The position numbers were made by a program, and so were the translations under genes. The notes beneath the pieces are model-generated. The model did no database searches. It was not told the DNA's origin and saw nothing but the letters and a program-made list of their open reading frames with translations. A DNA stretch of 64,000 nucleotides from a virus, in IMG/VR virus record IMGVR_UViG_3300021142_000007, positions 32,001 to 96,000 of that record; one strand, written 5' to 3'. Positions within the stretch are counted from its first letter, which is position 1. Each line of letters opens with the position of its first letter. Shown here in pieces: positions 19,202-28,620 of the stretch.

Positions 19202-19462
19202 TTAATCCCAAACTTGGCTAATGCTACCCTCAAAAGGATTGTATTCTACTTGCTTTCCTAGTACATAGTTTCCTTTTTTTACGAAAAGAGCCATGTGTTC
19301 AGCTTGCGAACCATCAGGCTTTTCGTGCTTTAGTATGCTATCTTCGTTCACCTTTATAGGTGCGAAGTCAGCAGGTTTCTCGTCTACGGTCAGGCTTCCA
19401 TAAAGGGTATGTTGGTGCGAACCTTCGCCTTTAAGTAGGATTTGTCTTTTTGTTTTTGGCAT
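19202..19462 (-). CDS. small His-rich beta protein; paralog of 41487..41723
   Basis: GEGSHQH...HEK...EH...QVEYNPF...WD. Confidence 0.7.
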   Translation of the reverse strand: MPKTKRQILLKGEGSHQHTLYGSLTVDEKPADFAPIKVNEDSILKHEKPDGSQAEHMALFVKKGNYVLGKQVEYNPFEGSISQVWD

Positions 19463-19514
19463 GAGTATTTTATTTATGATGCAAATATACTAATTAATTT
19501 TGAAAAAACAAATC

Positions 19515-19697
19515 TTATTCGATTTCTTTTATTTCCATTATATCAACATCAGCACCGTATTGTTTTGATAGCACTGGCGCAATCGTTGAATTAAATTCAT
19601 TTCTTGCCATTTCTTCATCACTGGCTTTAACCGTTACATTTCCTGTGGTGAACCCTTCATCACAATGATAATTGAACCTTATATTAAACTTTTTCAT
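19515..19697 (-). CDS. hypothetical early protein
   Basis: ATG at 19697 after promoter. Confidence 0.6.
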   Translation of the reverse strand: MKKFNIRFNYHCDEGFTTGNVTVKASDEEMARNEFNSTIAPVLSKQYGADVDIMEIKEIE

Positions 19698-19814
19698 GTT
19701 GGTTTCTTTTAATGCAAATCTATGAATAAATATCCGAAAAAACAAGCATTTACCTAAATAAAAATAATTTGTTAAATGCTTGGTGAATTCAAGTCTTTTG
19801 CTTATGTTTGTTTT

Positions 19815-19869
19815 GTCATTCAGACGGGACGCTGCAAAGCGGGAGGTATACTCCACTACGTCCCTATAT
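19815..19869 (+). ncRNA. candidate structured small RNA, copy D
   Basis: After TATGTTTG (19803-19810); CGCT-GCAA-AGCG hairpin; GGAGGTATACTCC. Confidence 0.6.
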
Positions 19870-19938
19870 TAAATACTACATAAAATAAAAAAGGGGGCAA
19901 GGATGCCCCCGCGAACCCTAGGCGGTTCGGTTAATCAA

Positions 19939-20133
19939 TCAAAATTTATCAGTAATGGCTTTCGCCTTGAGGTCTGTTAGTTTTTTCTCAGCAATTGCTA
20001 TGACCATACTAGAAGCGACTTTAACGTCTATTTCATTTTCGTATGCTATTTGTGCCAGAAGGTCGGCGCATTTACCTATGTTAGATAACTTAGTTATGTT
20101 ATCCATTTCTTCTTGTGTTAATTTGTTTACCAT
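19939..20133 (-). CDS. hypothetical early protein
   Basis: ORF with own promoter. Confidence 0.6.
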   Translation of the reverse strand: MVNKLTQEEMDNITKLSNIGKCADLLAQIAYENEIDVKVASSMVIAIAEKKLTDLKAKAITDKF

Positions 20134-20207
20134 GATATGTGTGTTTTGATTAATGATACAAAGATAATAAAAGGTTTGGAAATTCCAAACCTTTTATCAT
20201 ATTTTTT

Positions 20208-20645
20208 TTATTTTGATAGGTTTGCTATCATTTTCTCCAATGCTTCAATACGTTTGTTTTGAGCGTCAAACATCTCTCTGATTGGCTTGGGTACAAGTAT
20301 ATTAAATTCTTTTACCCTTAGTGCTTCTTTTACTTTATTTCGACCCTCAAAGGTAGGTATATCTAGCTTTAGTTCGCTACCAAAGGTTTTTTTATACTCC
20401 CTTGATATACTGGCTTTGATACCTGTTGTCTTAGCTTCAAGGTATTGTCTGATTAGCCTATCCTTATCCATAGTAAGGTGTGCCTTATGCTGTGGACTTA
20501 GTTTTTCTCTCTTAGGCATGAGATTTGCGCTAGTTAAGATACTCCATACCTTGTGGTATGTAAGACCCAAAGAAGCTGAAATTTCTTTGGCTTTTTTGCC
20601 TTTGTTAGCGTATTCGATTACTTTGTCTTTGATTTCTGCTGACAT
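20208..20645 (-). CDS. helix-turn-helix DNA-binding protein
   Basis: GKKAKEISASLGLTYHKVWSIL. Confidence 0.6.
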   Translation of the reverse strand: MSAEIKDKVIEYANKGKKAKEISASLGLTYHKVWSILTSANLMPKREKLSPQHKAHLTMDKDRLIRQYLEAKTTGIKASISREYKKTFGSELKLDIPTFEGRNKVKEALRVKEFNILVPKPIREMFDAQNKRIEALEKMIANLSK

Positions 20646-20705
20646 GATTTGATTGATTTGATTAATGATACAAAGATAGTGCTTTTTTTGAGACTACCAA
20701 ACTTT

Positions 20706-21341
20706 TTATGAATTATTTTTACGTACTCTAAAGATATACTGCACCATAGGTAGAGACTTTAGCTTATTCTTATATACGACCATGTGTACGCTAGGGTCAA
20801 CGCTGACATCTTCGTTATTCAACGCTGTGCCTATGTAATAGCCCATTTCTTGCATATATTCTTCGTGTTCGTCTTCATTGTCAAATAGCTGTCTTATACC
20901 TTCATTTTCTGTTCTGCTATGTAGGGTATAGGTTACTGCAAATATAGTATCTTTTGTTAATGGATTGTTGCTTATCCATTCAAGTAATTCACCTATATTT
21001 TCGGGACGCAAACAAGTCATAAAGTCAAACCAAATAAAGTCTTCACCTGAATACTTGTGAGTGAAGATATTTTTATTTATAACACTAATTCCGCTAGGCG
21101 CATTTTTACTAGCTATTTCAGCTGTCTTTGGGTTAAATTCATACGAAATACCCGATAGCTTATATGTTATATTAAGTAGTTTTTCCATTTCTAGGTCTAT
21201 ACCACCCAGTGTAAATGTACGTAGTGTTTTGACCTTAGATTTAGGAAACATCTTTCGTATCTCTGAAAATATCATGTAACGGCAGTCTTCTTTGGCTACT
21301 GCTTTGCTATGTACGTATGTGTTATTGTCTATTGCTACCAT
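20706..21341 (-). CDS. class I SAM-methyltransferase-like fold protein
   Basis: FTLGG...SYE...INKNIF...DFIWFDF spacing; ATG at 21341. Confidence 0.45.
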   Translation of the reverse strand: MVAIDNNTYVHSKAVAKEDCRYMIFSEIRKMFPKSKVKTLRTFTLGGIDLEMEKLLNITYKLSGISYEFNPKTAEIASKNAPSGISVINKNIFTHKYSGEDFIWFDFMTCLRPENIGELLEWISNNPLTKDTIFAVTYTLHSRTENEGIRQLFDNEDEHEEYMQEMGYYIGTALNNEDVSVDPSVHMVVYKNKLKSLPMVQYIFRVRKNNS

Positions 21342-21485
21342 GATTGATTTGATTATGAAGGCAAAGATATATAACTTTTTGGACTTTCCAAATTTCAGCA
21401 ATACTTTTTTTCAAGTATTTTTTTCATCAAAAAGCTTGTAGCATTCGAAACTAATTCGTATCATTGCATCGATAATCAATCAACC

Positions 21486-21734
21486 ATGAATATATCTATA
21501 TAAACAAAAATAAAGTATCTCGAACGAACGGTTAAACTTGAAGGTCACAGTGTTGTAGCTATCAACCCAAAATCCATTCGTGTTGCATATGATTTAATTC
21601 TTGGTGGTGTAGTTGGTTTATTAAATACTAGATATGGCTCTGAATCCGATAACTACGTAGCCGCACATAGATGGGCTACCAAACAAAGACTAAAACGTAT
21701 TCAACACGGAAAAAAGGGTAAATTGATAAACTAA
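21486..21734 (+). pseudogene. 83-codon frame interrupted by in-frame TAA at codon 6
   Basis: ATG 21486 after a promoter-like site, TAA 21501-21503, then open to TAA 21734, which overlaps the next ATG. Confidence 0.55.
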
Positions 21735-21850
21735 TGAGACACTGGCATCCCAATCAAACCCGTTTAATACTGGCTACACTGGTATGGGCTATGATATGTC
21801 TTGCTATCCTATTCAAAGGCATCGATATAATCCTTAGAAAAAAGAAATAA
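21734..21850 (+). CDS. 38-aa single-pass membrane peptide
   Basis: MRHWHPNQTRLILATLVWAMICLAILFKGIDIILRKKK; terminator follows. Confidence 0.55.
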   Translation: MRHWHPNQTRLILATLVWAMICLAILFKGIDIILRKKK

Positions 21851-22003
21851 ATTAATCTGCCCCAACTTCTGGGGCTTTTTTGTCATGGCTAGTCGGTTGA
21901 CGCTGGCCAGCACCTAGCCATGTACACAAATGTGTGCATATAAAAGGGGTCACCAGTTACCCAGTGACCCCAGTCTATGCCCAGTCATTAACCAAAAAAA
22001 TAG

Positions 22004-22075
22004 TACCGCGTAGGGAATTCGAATCCCTGACTTCTCCGTGAAAGGGAGACGACTTAACCACTTGTCGAACGCGGC
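22004..22075 (-). tRNA. tRNA-Glu (anticodon TTC)
   Basis: Full cloverleaf: GCCGCGT/ACGCGGT, TCTCC-CTTTCAC-GGAGA, AGGGA-TTCGAAT-TCCCT; CCA not encoded. Confidence 0.93.
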
Positions 22076-22092
22076 GTGTAAAAATTGATGAA

Positions 22093-22314
22093 TTATTCTT
22101 CGTCTTGGAAATAAACCACCACCACTGGGCAATTTATCATTTCGGCTAAAAGTCCATCCTGATTGTAGATGTGAAACGTAATATCTTCATCACCTTCTGT
22201 TTTGATGATGTCGGTTACTATTTCCCCCTTCGGGAAAGGATAGCGTGTTCCTACTTCAAAAAAATAAGTCGGTTGCATACCGCACTCTGCAATACTCTTG
22301 ATTTTATGTGCCAT
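22093..22314 (-). CDS. hypothetical protein
   Basis: ATG at 22314. Confidence 0.65.
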   Translation of the reverse strand: MAHKIKSIAECGMQPTYFFEVGTRYPFPKGEIVTDIIKTEGDEDITFHIYNQDGLLAEMINCPVVVVYFQDEE

Positions 22315-22328
22315 TGTTTTTATTTTAA

Positions 22329-22562
22329 TTAATTCCAACCCTCTTTGATTATCTCTAGCTTTCCGTTATTGGCTTCTGACCAGTGCTCAAACCATTCTCC
22401 CCACTGCCCTCTGCGAGAGCGTGTAACGCTTATCACATTATCATTGCTTACCTTTAACATAGCCCTTAATGCTTTCTTTAGCTTGGTGTATGTATCATAG
22501 GTATTGATATGTTCTTTACCCTTATCATCGGTGAAGCTTGCTTGTGGTTTAAAACTTGCCAT
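22329..22562 (-). CDS. hypothetical protein
   Basis: RSRRGQWGEWFEHW. Confidence 0.65.
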   Translation of the reverse strand: MASFKPQASFTDDKGKEHINTYDTYTKLKKALRAMLKVSNDNVISVTRSRRGQWGEWFEHWSEANNGKLEIIKEGWN

Positions 22563-22612
22563 TGCGTTTATTTGTTGATGCAAACATAAGAAGTATTTTT
22601 GAATAAACCAAA

Positions 22613-22882
22613 TTAAATTCGATATTTTTTTTCGATGTCATCTGGTCCTATTTCATGACCATAGGATAGCTTATGTAGCGTACTTGTATTTGGATGCTGA
22701 CGATGTAAAAACTCGCTTACCGCTTTATTCCCCTGCAAATACGTTCCCATATACTCCCAAGCATATCCTTCGTTTAAAGCCACGCTAGGCTCTTCTAAGC
22801 CTTGATTGATGGGATGACTGGCTACCCAGTCCCACATTTCGTCCCACTTAGGGGATGTCATCTTAATTAGTATAAAATCCAT
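22613..22882 (-). CDS. hypothetical protein
   Basis: WEYMGT...EFLHRQHP. Confidence 0.7.
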   Translation of the reverse strand: MDFILIKMTSPKWDEMWDWVASHPINQGLEEPSVALNEGYAWEYMGTYLQGNKAVSEFLHRQHPNTSTLHKLSYGHEIGPDDIEKKYRI

Positions 22883-22894
22883 ACCCCAATGATA

Positions 22895-23128
22895 CTACGA
22901 TATAGGTGTTAAGTCAAGCTTTAATTCATTTCTGCCTTTGTTGCTCTTCAATGGAAATCCGTGACGATTCCATTGACAGGAGCAAAAACCATCATGCAAG
23001 CTGGGCTTTCCGAACACTGGGTCTTTTACTTGACCGACAATGATATTATCCAAAGCAATCCAACGCAAGTTACGAACTTCGTGTCCGTCTATGGTCTGCG
23101 TTACTTTATTTAAAGCTTCTTGTTCCAT
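22895..23128 (-). CDS. hypothetical protein
   Basis: ATG at 23128 after promoter. Confidence 0.6.
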   Translation of the reverse strand: MEQEALNKVTQTIDGHEVRNLRWIALDNIIVGQVKDPVFGKPSLHDGFCSCQWNRHGFPLKSNKGRNELKLDLTPIS

Positions 23129-23189
23129 GATGCAAATATAAAAAGACCCCTCGATATATGCAAGGGGTCTTTTGTTAAAGAGTGTTAAA

Positions 23190-23726
23190 TTAGTCCATTT
23201 CAAAACTAGGCACAAGTTCCGTATACCCGTCAGGTATTTTTTTGTCTACGCTGATTAGGTCTCTAGCCCATATACCAATATGAGGATTTTCTTCTCTGCG
23301 GTAGTCACCACCACCTTGTCCGTTACCTTCGCAGGTCAATAGTGGTAGCGGATGCACTTGATAGTCCGACCACTCACCTTTGCCAAATGGACAAATTAAT
23401 TTATCTACAAATTGCTTTTTGGTATGGTTAATGATATACCTTGTTTCAGCAAGCGTATAAGGGTTTTCATGTCCCCCTTTGTTTTTGTCATTGCAACGGT
23501 CATAAACATTGCTTTTACGACCCTTGCACTTTTCGGCATAGTCGCCAGCCCATACAAGCCTTTGAGGTGCTTGCTTTAGATGCGCTTCCACCATAGCAAC
23601 GAAGTTATTACCCATGTATGAGTGTTCCATTAGCTTTAAACCATTTCGGTAGTCATGGCTATAAAACCAAGCAAGAACTGTCTTTTTGTTTCTAGCTAAG
23701 AACGCTGGATGATAGTATTGTCCCAT
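23190..23726 (-). CDS. conserved phage protein (MGQYY...GLKLMEHSY type)
   Basis: WAGDYA, HPLPLLTCEGNGQGGGDY motifs. Confidence 0.75.
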   Translation of the reverse strand: MGQYYHPAFLARNKKTVLAWFYSHDYRNGLKLMEHSYMGNNFVAMVEAHLKQAPQRLVWAGDYAEKCKGRKSNVYDRCNDKNKGGHENPYTLAETRYIINHTKKQFVDKLICPFGKGEWSDYQVHPLPLLTCEGNGQGGGDYRREENPHIGIWARDLISVDKKIPDGYTELVPSFEMD

Positions 23727-23782
23727 TGTTTTTTGTTTTTGATTAATGATACAAAGATAATACTTTATTTGGAAATTCCAAA

Positions 23783-24103
23783 TTAATTGGAAATTCTTTT
23801 TTCAGTTTTTAGCTTTTCAGCTTCATAGAACTCACAGATGATAAGAATATCCTGTAATTCATCTTTGGTCATAAGTTCATAGTCCTGTTTATAGCTATGA
23901 ATACTATCATCATTGCTACTGGTAGTATCATACACTTCAACGTCAGCACCGTTCAAATTAAAGTGTTCAGCTAAGGCAATAAGGTCGCCCATTTGTCCAA
24001 CACCTACTGATTGCCCATCATTCTGTTCAACTTCGCCAGCACTAAAAGAACCAAACTTATTGATGATGCGTTTGATGTTCTTGATGATTGTTTTCTTTTG
24101 CAT
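23783..24103 (-). CDS. hypothetical early protein
   Basis: ORF with own promoter. Confidence 0.65.
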   Translation of the reverse strand: MQKKTIIKNIKRIINKFGSFSAGEVEQNDGQSVGVGQMGDLIALAEHFNLNGADVEVYDTTSSNDDSIHSYKQDYELMTKDELQDILIICEFYEAEKLKTEKRISN

Positions 24104-24178
24104 AAGTTTTGTTTTTGATTAATGATACAAAGATAAAAAAGGATTTGGAAATTCCAAATCCTTTTTTGTTAAAATATC

Positions 24179-24694
24179 CTAGTCGTGCATATCCATTAGT
24201 ACCACCCACTTTTTGCCTTCGTATTGCTCGACTACATTGGTTACACCAAATTCTGTATAGTCATATTCGTTGTAGCTTTCGGTCAATACGTCAAATGTAG
24301 CGTCTATTGGCTTATCGCTAATGGCTCTACCCTCTTCAAATTTACGCTTTTCCATAAGGTCTTCGATGTACTTAGCATACGACCATAATTCATTTGAAGT
24401 CATGGTTTCGATAGTCTTACCCTCCTTTAGTGCTTGTAGGGCTACATCAGCTTTCCATGAAGTACCAATGGCTTTTTGTACCATTTCATTGATTTTTTCA
24501 ATGGTATCGCTTTTTTCATCAGGTTCGTAACGACCTTCGCCATTCAGATAGACTTCGTTGTCCTCGCTGACAGCCCCACACATGGAACGCCAGTTGTTCT
24601 CTGTTCCGAAGTCAAATAATAGGTCTTCCGCTTCATTACAAGCGTCTAAGCCACTTTCGGCTCTTACTACGATTAAATGCAGATTATGCGCCAT
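24179..24694 (-). CDS. hypothetical acidic protein
   Basis: 171-aa ORF with own promoter. Confidence 0.7.
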   Translation of the reverse strand: MAHNLHLIVVRAESGLDACNEAEDLLFDFGTENNWRSMCGAVSEDNEVYLNGEGRYEPDEKSDTIEKINEMVQKAIGTSWKADVALQALKEGKTIETMTSNELWSYAKYIEDLMEKRKFEEGRAISDKPIDATFDVLTESYNEYDYTEFGVTNVVEQYEGKKWVVLMDMHD

Positions 24695-24780
24695 TGTTTT
24701 TTTGTTTTGATTAATAATAGGACAAATATAAAAAAACCCCTAGACATACGCAAGGGGTTTTTTGTTAAAGAGTGTTAATT

Positions 24781-25521
24781 TTATTTGTTGTAGATTTCCA
24801 GCAGTTGAGCATATAGCTTACCTTCGCTGGTGCTAAAAATGAATTTATCTTTGATAGCACTTTTTATTTTCTTCACCATTGCCTTTTGATTGTAGGCTTC
24901 CACCGTAAGCATAAGCTTTATCAGTGCTTCGTTCATCGGGCGAGTATTCGGCAAGCTATACGATAGTTCTCTGATATAGCCCAGCAGTTCTTCACCGCGT
25001 AATTTATTTACGATTTCAAAAGTACCTTCTTTTACCATCTTGGTTACTTTTGACCTCGTTTTTTGAGAATAGGCTTGCATGATTACAGTTACCTGTATAT
25101 CGGAAAATGCACCCTTGTAGTCAGAACGAAGTTGACCATAGTGTTTTTTACCACTTTCAGCCCAGCTATGGATATAGTCATCCAGCTTCCATGATTTGCT
25201 GGTATTATTGAGGTCTATCATCAGCTGTGTGATGTCTTGTTCGGTTTCACACTCTATTACTTTGCAATGAATGCTCCATTTTAGTTCTTTGATTGCTTCG
25301 GTCAAATGCTGTCCATCTACGATATAGAAGTTGTTATTGTACTTCACCACGATTACGTAGCGCAATACACCATGCTTCAATATAGAAGACTTCATTTTTG
25401 CCACGTGCAATTTGCAAATAGCACGGTTTTTTGCAAAGGTCTTTAGCAGGTGATACATATCAGGACTGATTACCAATACGCTCTCTAGCGTGTTTACCAC
25501 TTGTTTTGTTAGTGTTGACAT
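24781..25521 (-). CDS. ParB/Srx N-terminal domain protein
   Basis: NR...SILKHG...YIVDGQHL...LNNTSKSW. Confidence 0.7.
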   Translation of the reverse strand: MSTLTKQVVNTLESVLVISPDMYHLLKTFAKNRAICKLHVAKMKSSILKHGVLRYVIVVKYNNNFYIVDGQHLTEAIKELKWSIHCKVIECETEQDITQLMIDLNNTSKSWKLDDYIHSWAESGKKHYGQLRSDYKGAFSDIQVTVIMQAYSQKTRSKVTKMVKEGTFEIVNKLRGEELLGYIRELSYSLPNTRPMNEALIKLMLTVEAYNQKAMVKKIKSAIKDKFIFSTSEGKLYAQLLEIYNK

Positions 25522-25590
25522 TGTTTTTTGTTTTGATTAATAATAGGACAAAGATAAGACTATTTTTTAGATTTCCAAGTATAAATGAAA

Positions 25591-25902
25591 TTATTTTTTA
25601 CCAATGATTGCTTTGATGATAAAGCCCATTTCATACTTGGTACCATACATTGTCATGAATACCAAAGCATTGATATGTGTCTGTGACCCTTCCGAAGCTT
25701 TCTGAACCACAAATCTAACGGCATCAGCATCGGTCTCGAATACTTGGTCGTCATCAACCTTCTCGATACGAAACTCGCTACCATTGGCTGTTCCATGTGA
25801 TTCAAATATGCTCCAACCCTCGCCCCTTATTGCTTCATGAATGTCATTAAGCATAGTTACGTGTTCAATACTAACGTTCTTTTCTTGTTGTAGTTGTGTC
25901 AT
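25591..25902 (-). CDS. hypothetical early protein
   Basis: ORF with own promoter. Confidence 0.65.
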   Translation of the reverse strand: MTQLQQEKNVSIEHVTMLNDIHEAIRGEGWSIFESHGTANGSEFRIEKVDDDQVFETDADAVRFVVQKASEGSQTHINALVFMTMYGTKYEMGFIIKAIIGKK

Positions 25903-25952
25903 TGTTTATTGATTATGATGACAAAGATAATGATATTTTTCGGATTTCCAAA

Positions 25953-26360
25953 TTATAGTTGTTTTATCAGTACTTTTTTTCCTTCGTATTCCTTTACGAC
26001 CTCTAAAAGGTTTTTATTCTCTGCGTTGAATCTTAGATGCTCTCCATCAGGAACAACCGTAACACAGATATGGATAGACATATCGCCAAAGGTTTCACCT
26101 TCTTTTATTTGATAGTCTATCAAGACTTCTTTGATGATACCCAAGAAACATATAGGCAGTTTTTTAATTTCTTCGGCTATCACCAATGTCATATTCATCC
26201 TACTTAATTTCTGAATAGGTACTTCAAACGTAGACGTTACATAAAACCCATTAGCACTACCAATACGTAGTGAGCCTAGATTGGTTATACCTAATTCTTC
26301 TTTGATTACACCAGTGATTGCTGAAATCATATTAAAATACATAGTGTTTATTCTTTCCAT
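25953..26360 (-). CDS. hypothetical early protein
   Basis: ORF with own promoter. Confidence 0.6.
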   Translation of the reverse strand: MERINTMYFNMISAITGVIKEELGITNLGSLRIGSANGFYVTSTFEVPIQKLSRMNMTLVIAEEIKKLPICFLGIIKEVLIDYQIKEGETFGDMSIHICVTVVPDGEHLRFNAENKNLLEVVKEYEGKKVLIKQL

Positions 26361-26390
26361 TGCTTATTGTTTATGAGGACAAAGATAATA

Positions 26391-26855
26391 CTATTTTTTA
26401 GATTTCCTAGTTTTTTCTTGATTTTTTTTGTAATTGATATGCTCCTTAAGCTTATCGCTCATCCATGTATGAGTCGCCATATCATCAACATCCTCCATGA
26501 ATGATGAATACGCGAAGTAATTATCGCTCACCAATTCGCGTTTTCGGTTAAACATCTTCACACACGCATTCTCGTCACACTCTTCGAAGTTAACGTAATA
26601 GATGTGGTTCTTGGTCTCCAGTACCCTTTCAAATGTACCTAGTAGTGTTTTGATATATCGCTGAGAACTTAGTTTCATTATATAGTCTTTTTTTGCTTTT
26701 TCGAACTTAATTAAATACTCTTCGTATTGCCCTATATTACTTTGTTTAAGCTTAGATAAAGCATAAGACGCATTCGTATCTTCAGGTGCTGTCCCTAGAT
26801 GTATCGAACGTATAGAATTTTCTATGTTACGTATTAGTAACTCCTCATTCTTCAT
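26391..26855 (-). CDS. hypothetical protein
   Basis: ATG at 26855. Confidence 0.6.
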   Translation of the reverse strand: MKNEELLIRNIENSIRSIHLGTAPEDTNASYALSKLKQSNIGQYEEYLIKFEKAKKDYIMKLSSQRYIKTLLGTFERVLETKNHIYYVNFEECDENACVKMFNRKRELVSDNYFAYSSFMEDVDDMATHTWMSDKLKEHINYKKNQEKTRKSKK

Positions 26856-27174
26856 CCTCACATATTTCGTCATAAGATACCTCCATATCGATTTTCCCAT
26901 CCAATACCAATTGCCAGAAATTCTGGGAATTACTGAACGTTCCTTTCGTCCCAGCTTTTAAGACATCTCTACTGGGTATACGATTGCCATAATAGTCCTT
27001 GCGGAATACCTTCGGTAGCATACACGCACCGCTCTCAAGCAAACGCATTGCTTCGCGACCTACGCTACCCTCAAAGAGCCATGCTTGACCTGAATCGATG
27101 TTTTTTTGCATCCCGTCAAGACCATATTGTTTCTGTAGCTTTTTTATGCTTGCAAATGATAATGCTTTTGTCAT
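26845..27174 (-). CDS. conserved phage hypothetical protein
   Basis: GQAWLFEGSVGREAM...DYYGNRIPSR. Confidence 0.7.
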   Translation of the reverse strand: MTKALSFASIKKLQKQYGLDGMQKNIDSGQAWLFEGSVGREAMRLLESGACMLPKVFRKDYYGNRIPSRDVLKAGTKGTFSNSQNFWQLVLDGKIDMEVSYDEICEDEE

Positions 27175-27461
27175 ATAGATATTTTTATACGTGAATCAAT
27201 ACTACCTCTCCAATTAACACTTACTCCGTGCTGTTCCAGTACCTCGACTATTTCTTTTCCATTACCGTTCCACGCTAAGTAACATGAACCATTTTCCTTT
27301 AGGTCGTTAGCATCTTGATTATGATAAAATACAGCCTTTTCAGCTTTTGCATCAGGAATACTAGCCCATGCGCATGATTGACAGCACCAAAAGTTTTGTC
27401 TAGCGAAGTAACCCTTTTTTCTTAGGGCTTTAAAAGCATTTGTTAGATTTGATTTTGACAT
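27171..27461 (-). CDS. DUF6891-like protein
   Basis: ARQNFWCCQSC...VFYHNQD...YLAW. Confidence 0.65.
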   Translation of the reverse strand: MSKSNLTNAFKALRKKGYFARQNFWCCQSCAWASIPDAKAEKAVFYHNQDANDLKENGSCYLAWNGNGKEIVEVLEQHGVSVNWRGSIDSRIKISI

Positions 27462-27530
27462 GATATTTTTATTTTATGGAACAAATATAAGAAAAGGATT
27501 TGGAATATCCAAACCCTTTTCCATTTTTAT

Positions 27531-28016
27531 TTACGCTGTTTGTACTTTGTATTCCTTCACGATTTCATAGATGTTTCGGCATATACGGTCATTGTACGCG
27601 AAACGGTCTTTCATGTAGTCTTCGAGCGATATTTCAGGCAACGCATATTCTTCGAGCATTTCCGATAGCTTACAAGAATTTGTATACGATGGAAACATAC
27701 CAAAGCCTTTCAAGCCTCCATCTTCCTTGCGCTTTTCAGAATACACATCTAGCTTTACCTTGCCATCCTCGATGATTTGTCCAACACACTCGGTGTCCAC
27801 AAGCATACTCGTACCCTTTATGAGCGCAAGACTACCACGTATAGCAAAGTATTCATCAGGCTCTGCTTGCTTTACCAGTGTGCTTTCTTTGCATTTCTCC
27901 AACTGGTCTTTGATAGCCTTGTCAATGTCAGCGTTTAGCTTCTTGACATCTATTGGTATAACCATGATACCATTTACGTTTTTGCTTAGGTTTTGTCTTT
28001 CTTCTTTCGTTACCAT
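27531..28016 (-). CDS. hypothetical early protein
   Basis: ORF with own promoter. Confidence 0.65.
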   Translation of the reverse strand: MVTKEERQNLSKNVNGIMVIPIDVKKLNADIDKAIKDQLEKCKESTLVKQAEPDEYFAIRGSLALIKGTSMLVDTECVGQIIEDGKVKLDVYSEKRKEDGGLKGFGMFPSYTNSCKLSEMLEEYALPEISLEDYMKDRFAYNDRICRNIYEIVKEYKVQTA

Positions 28017-28093
28017 TTTGATTTGTTTTGATTAATTAATGATGCAAAGATAATAAGAAAAATGATACTACCAAATCCCAGCACAACTTTTTT

Positions 28094-28564
28094 TTAGGCT
28101 TCTTCTTTTTCTTTCATCGCGTCCAAAAAGTCTTCGGCATTGCCCTCAAACAATACACGCTTTTTATGCACATATTTGTTTTTCTCGTTATAGTAGCCAA
28201 ATTCATAGCAACGTAAGATTACTTCACGTGTATCGCTATTCACTTCGATTTCATACGTGTAGGCTTCACCACAGTCTTTGGCGTTCGCCTTATTTATGTA
28301 GAAACCACCAACGCCTTTTTTGAAATGAGCAATCAGTTGAGCCGCAAGACAACCTGCGCCGTTGAAAACGCGTTGTTTGCTTTCTATGTCGTCTGGTGAA
28401 AAACCATCAACTACCTTACTGCCATTCAAGAACTCCACAAGGTCAGCACCATGTCCAAGTGGATAGCCATCATATTGGCGATACATGGTGAGAAGTGTTT
28501 GTTTTTTCTTTTTACCTTCTTCGTTCCAACTTTCGATAATGTGTGTTAAACTACGTGTACCCAT
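28094..28564 (-). CDS. conserved phage protein (MGTRS...YRQYDGYP type)
   Basis: DGYPxGHG and NGAGCLAAQL motifs. Confidence 0.75.
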   Translation of the reverse strand: MGTRSLTHIIESWNEEGKKKKQTLLTMYRQYDGYPLGHGADLVEFLNGSKVVDGFSPDDIESKQRVFNGAGCLAAQLIAHFKKGVGGFYINKANAKDCGEAYTYEIEVNSDTREVILRCYEFGYYNEKNKYVHKKRVLFEGNAEDFLDAMKEKEEA

Positions 28565-28620
28565 GATTTATTTGTTTTGATTAGTGATGCAAAGATAATG
28601 CTTTTTTTCGTATTTCCAAA

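Noticed and set aside
21950-22132. 60-aa minus-strand ORF
   Set aside because: Overlaps tRNA-Glu
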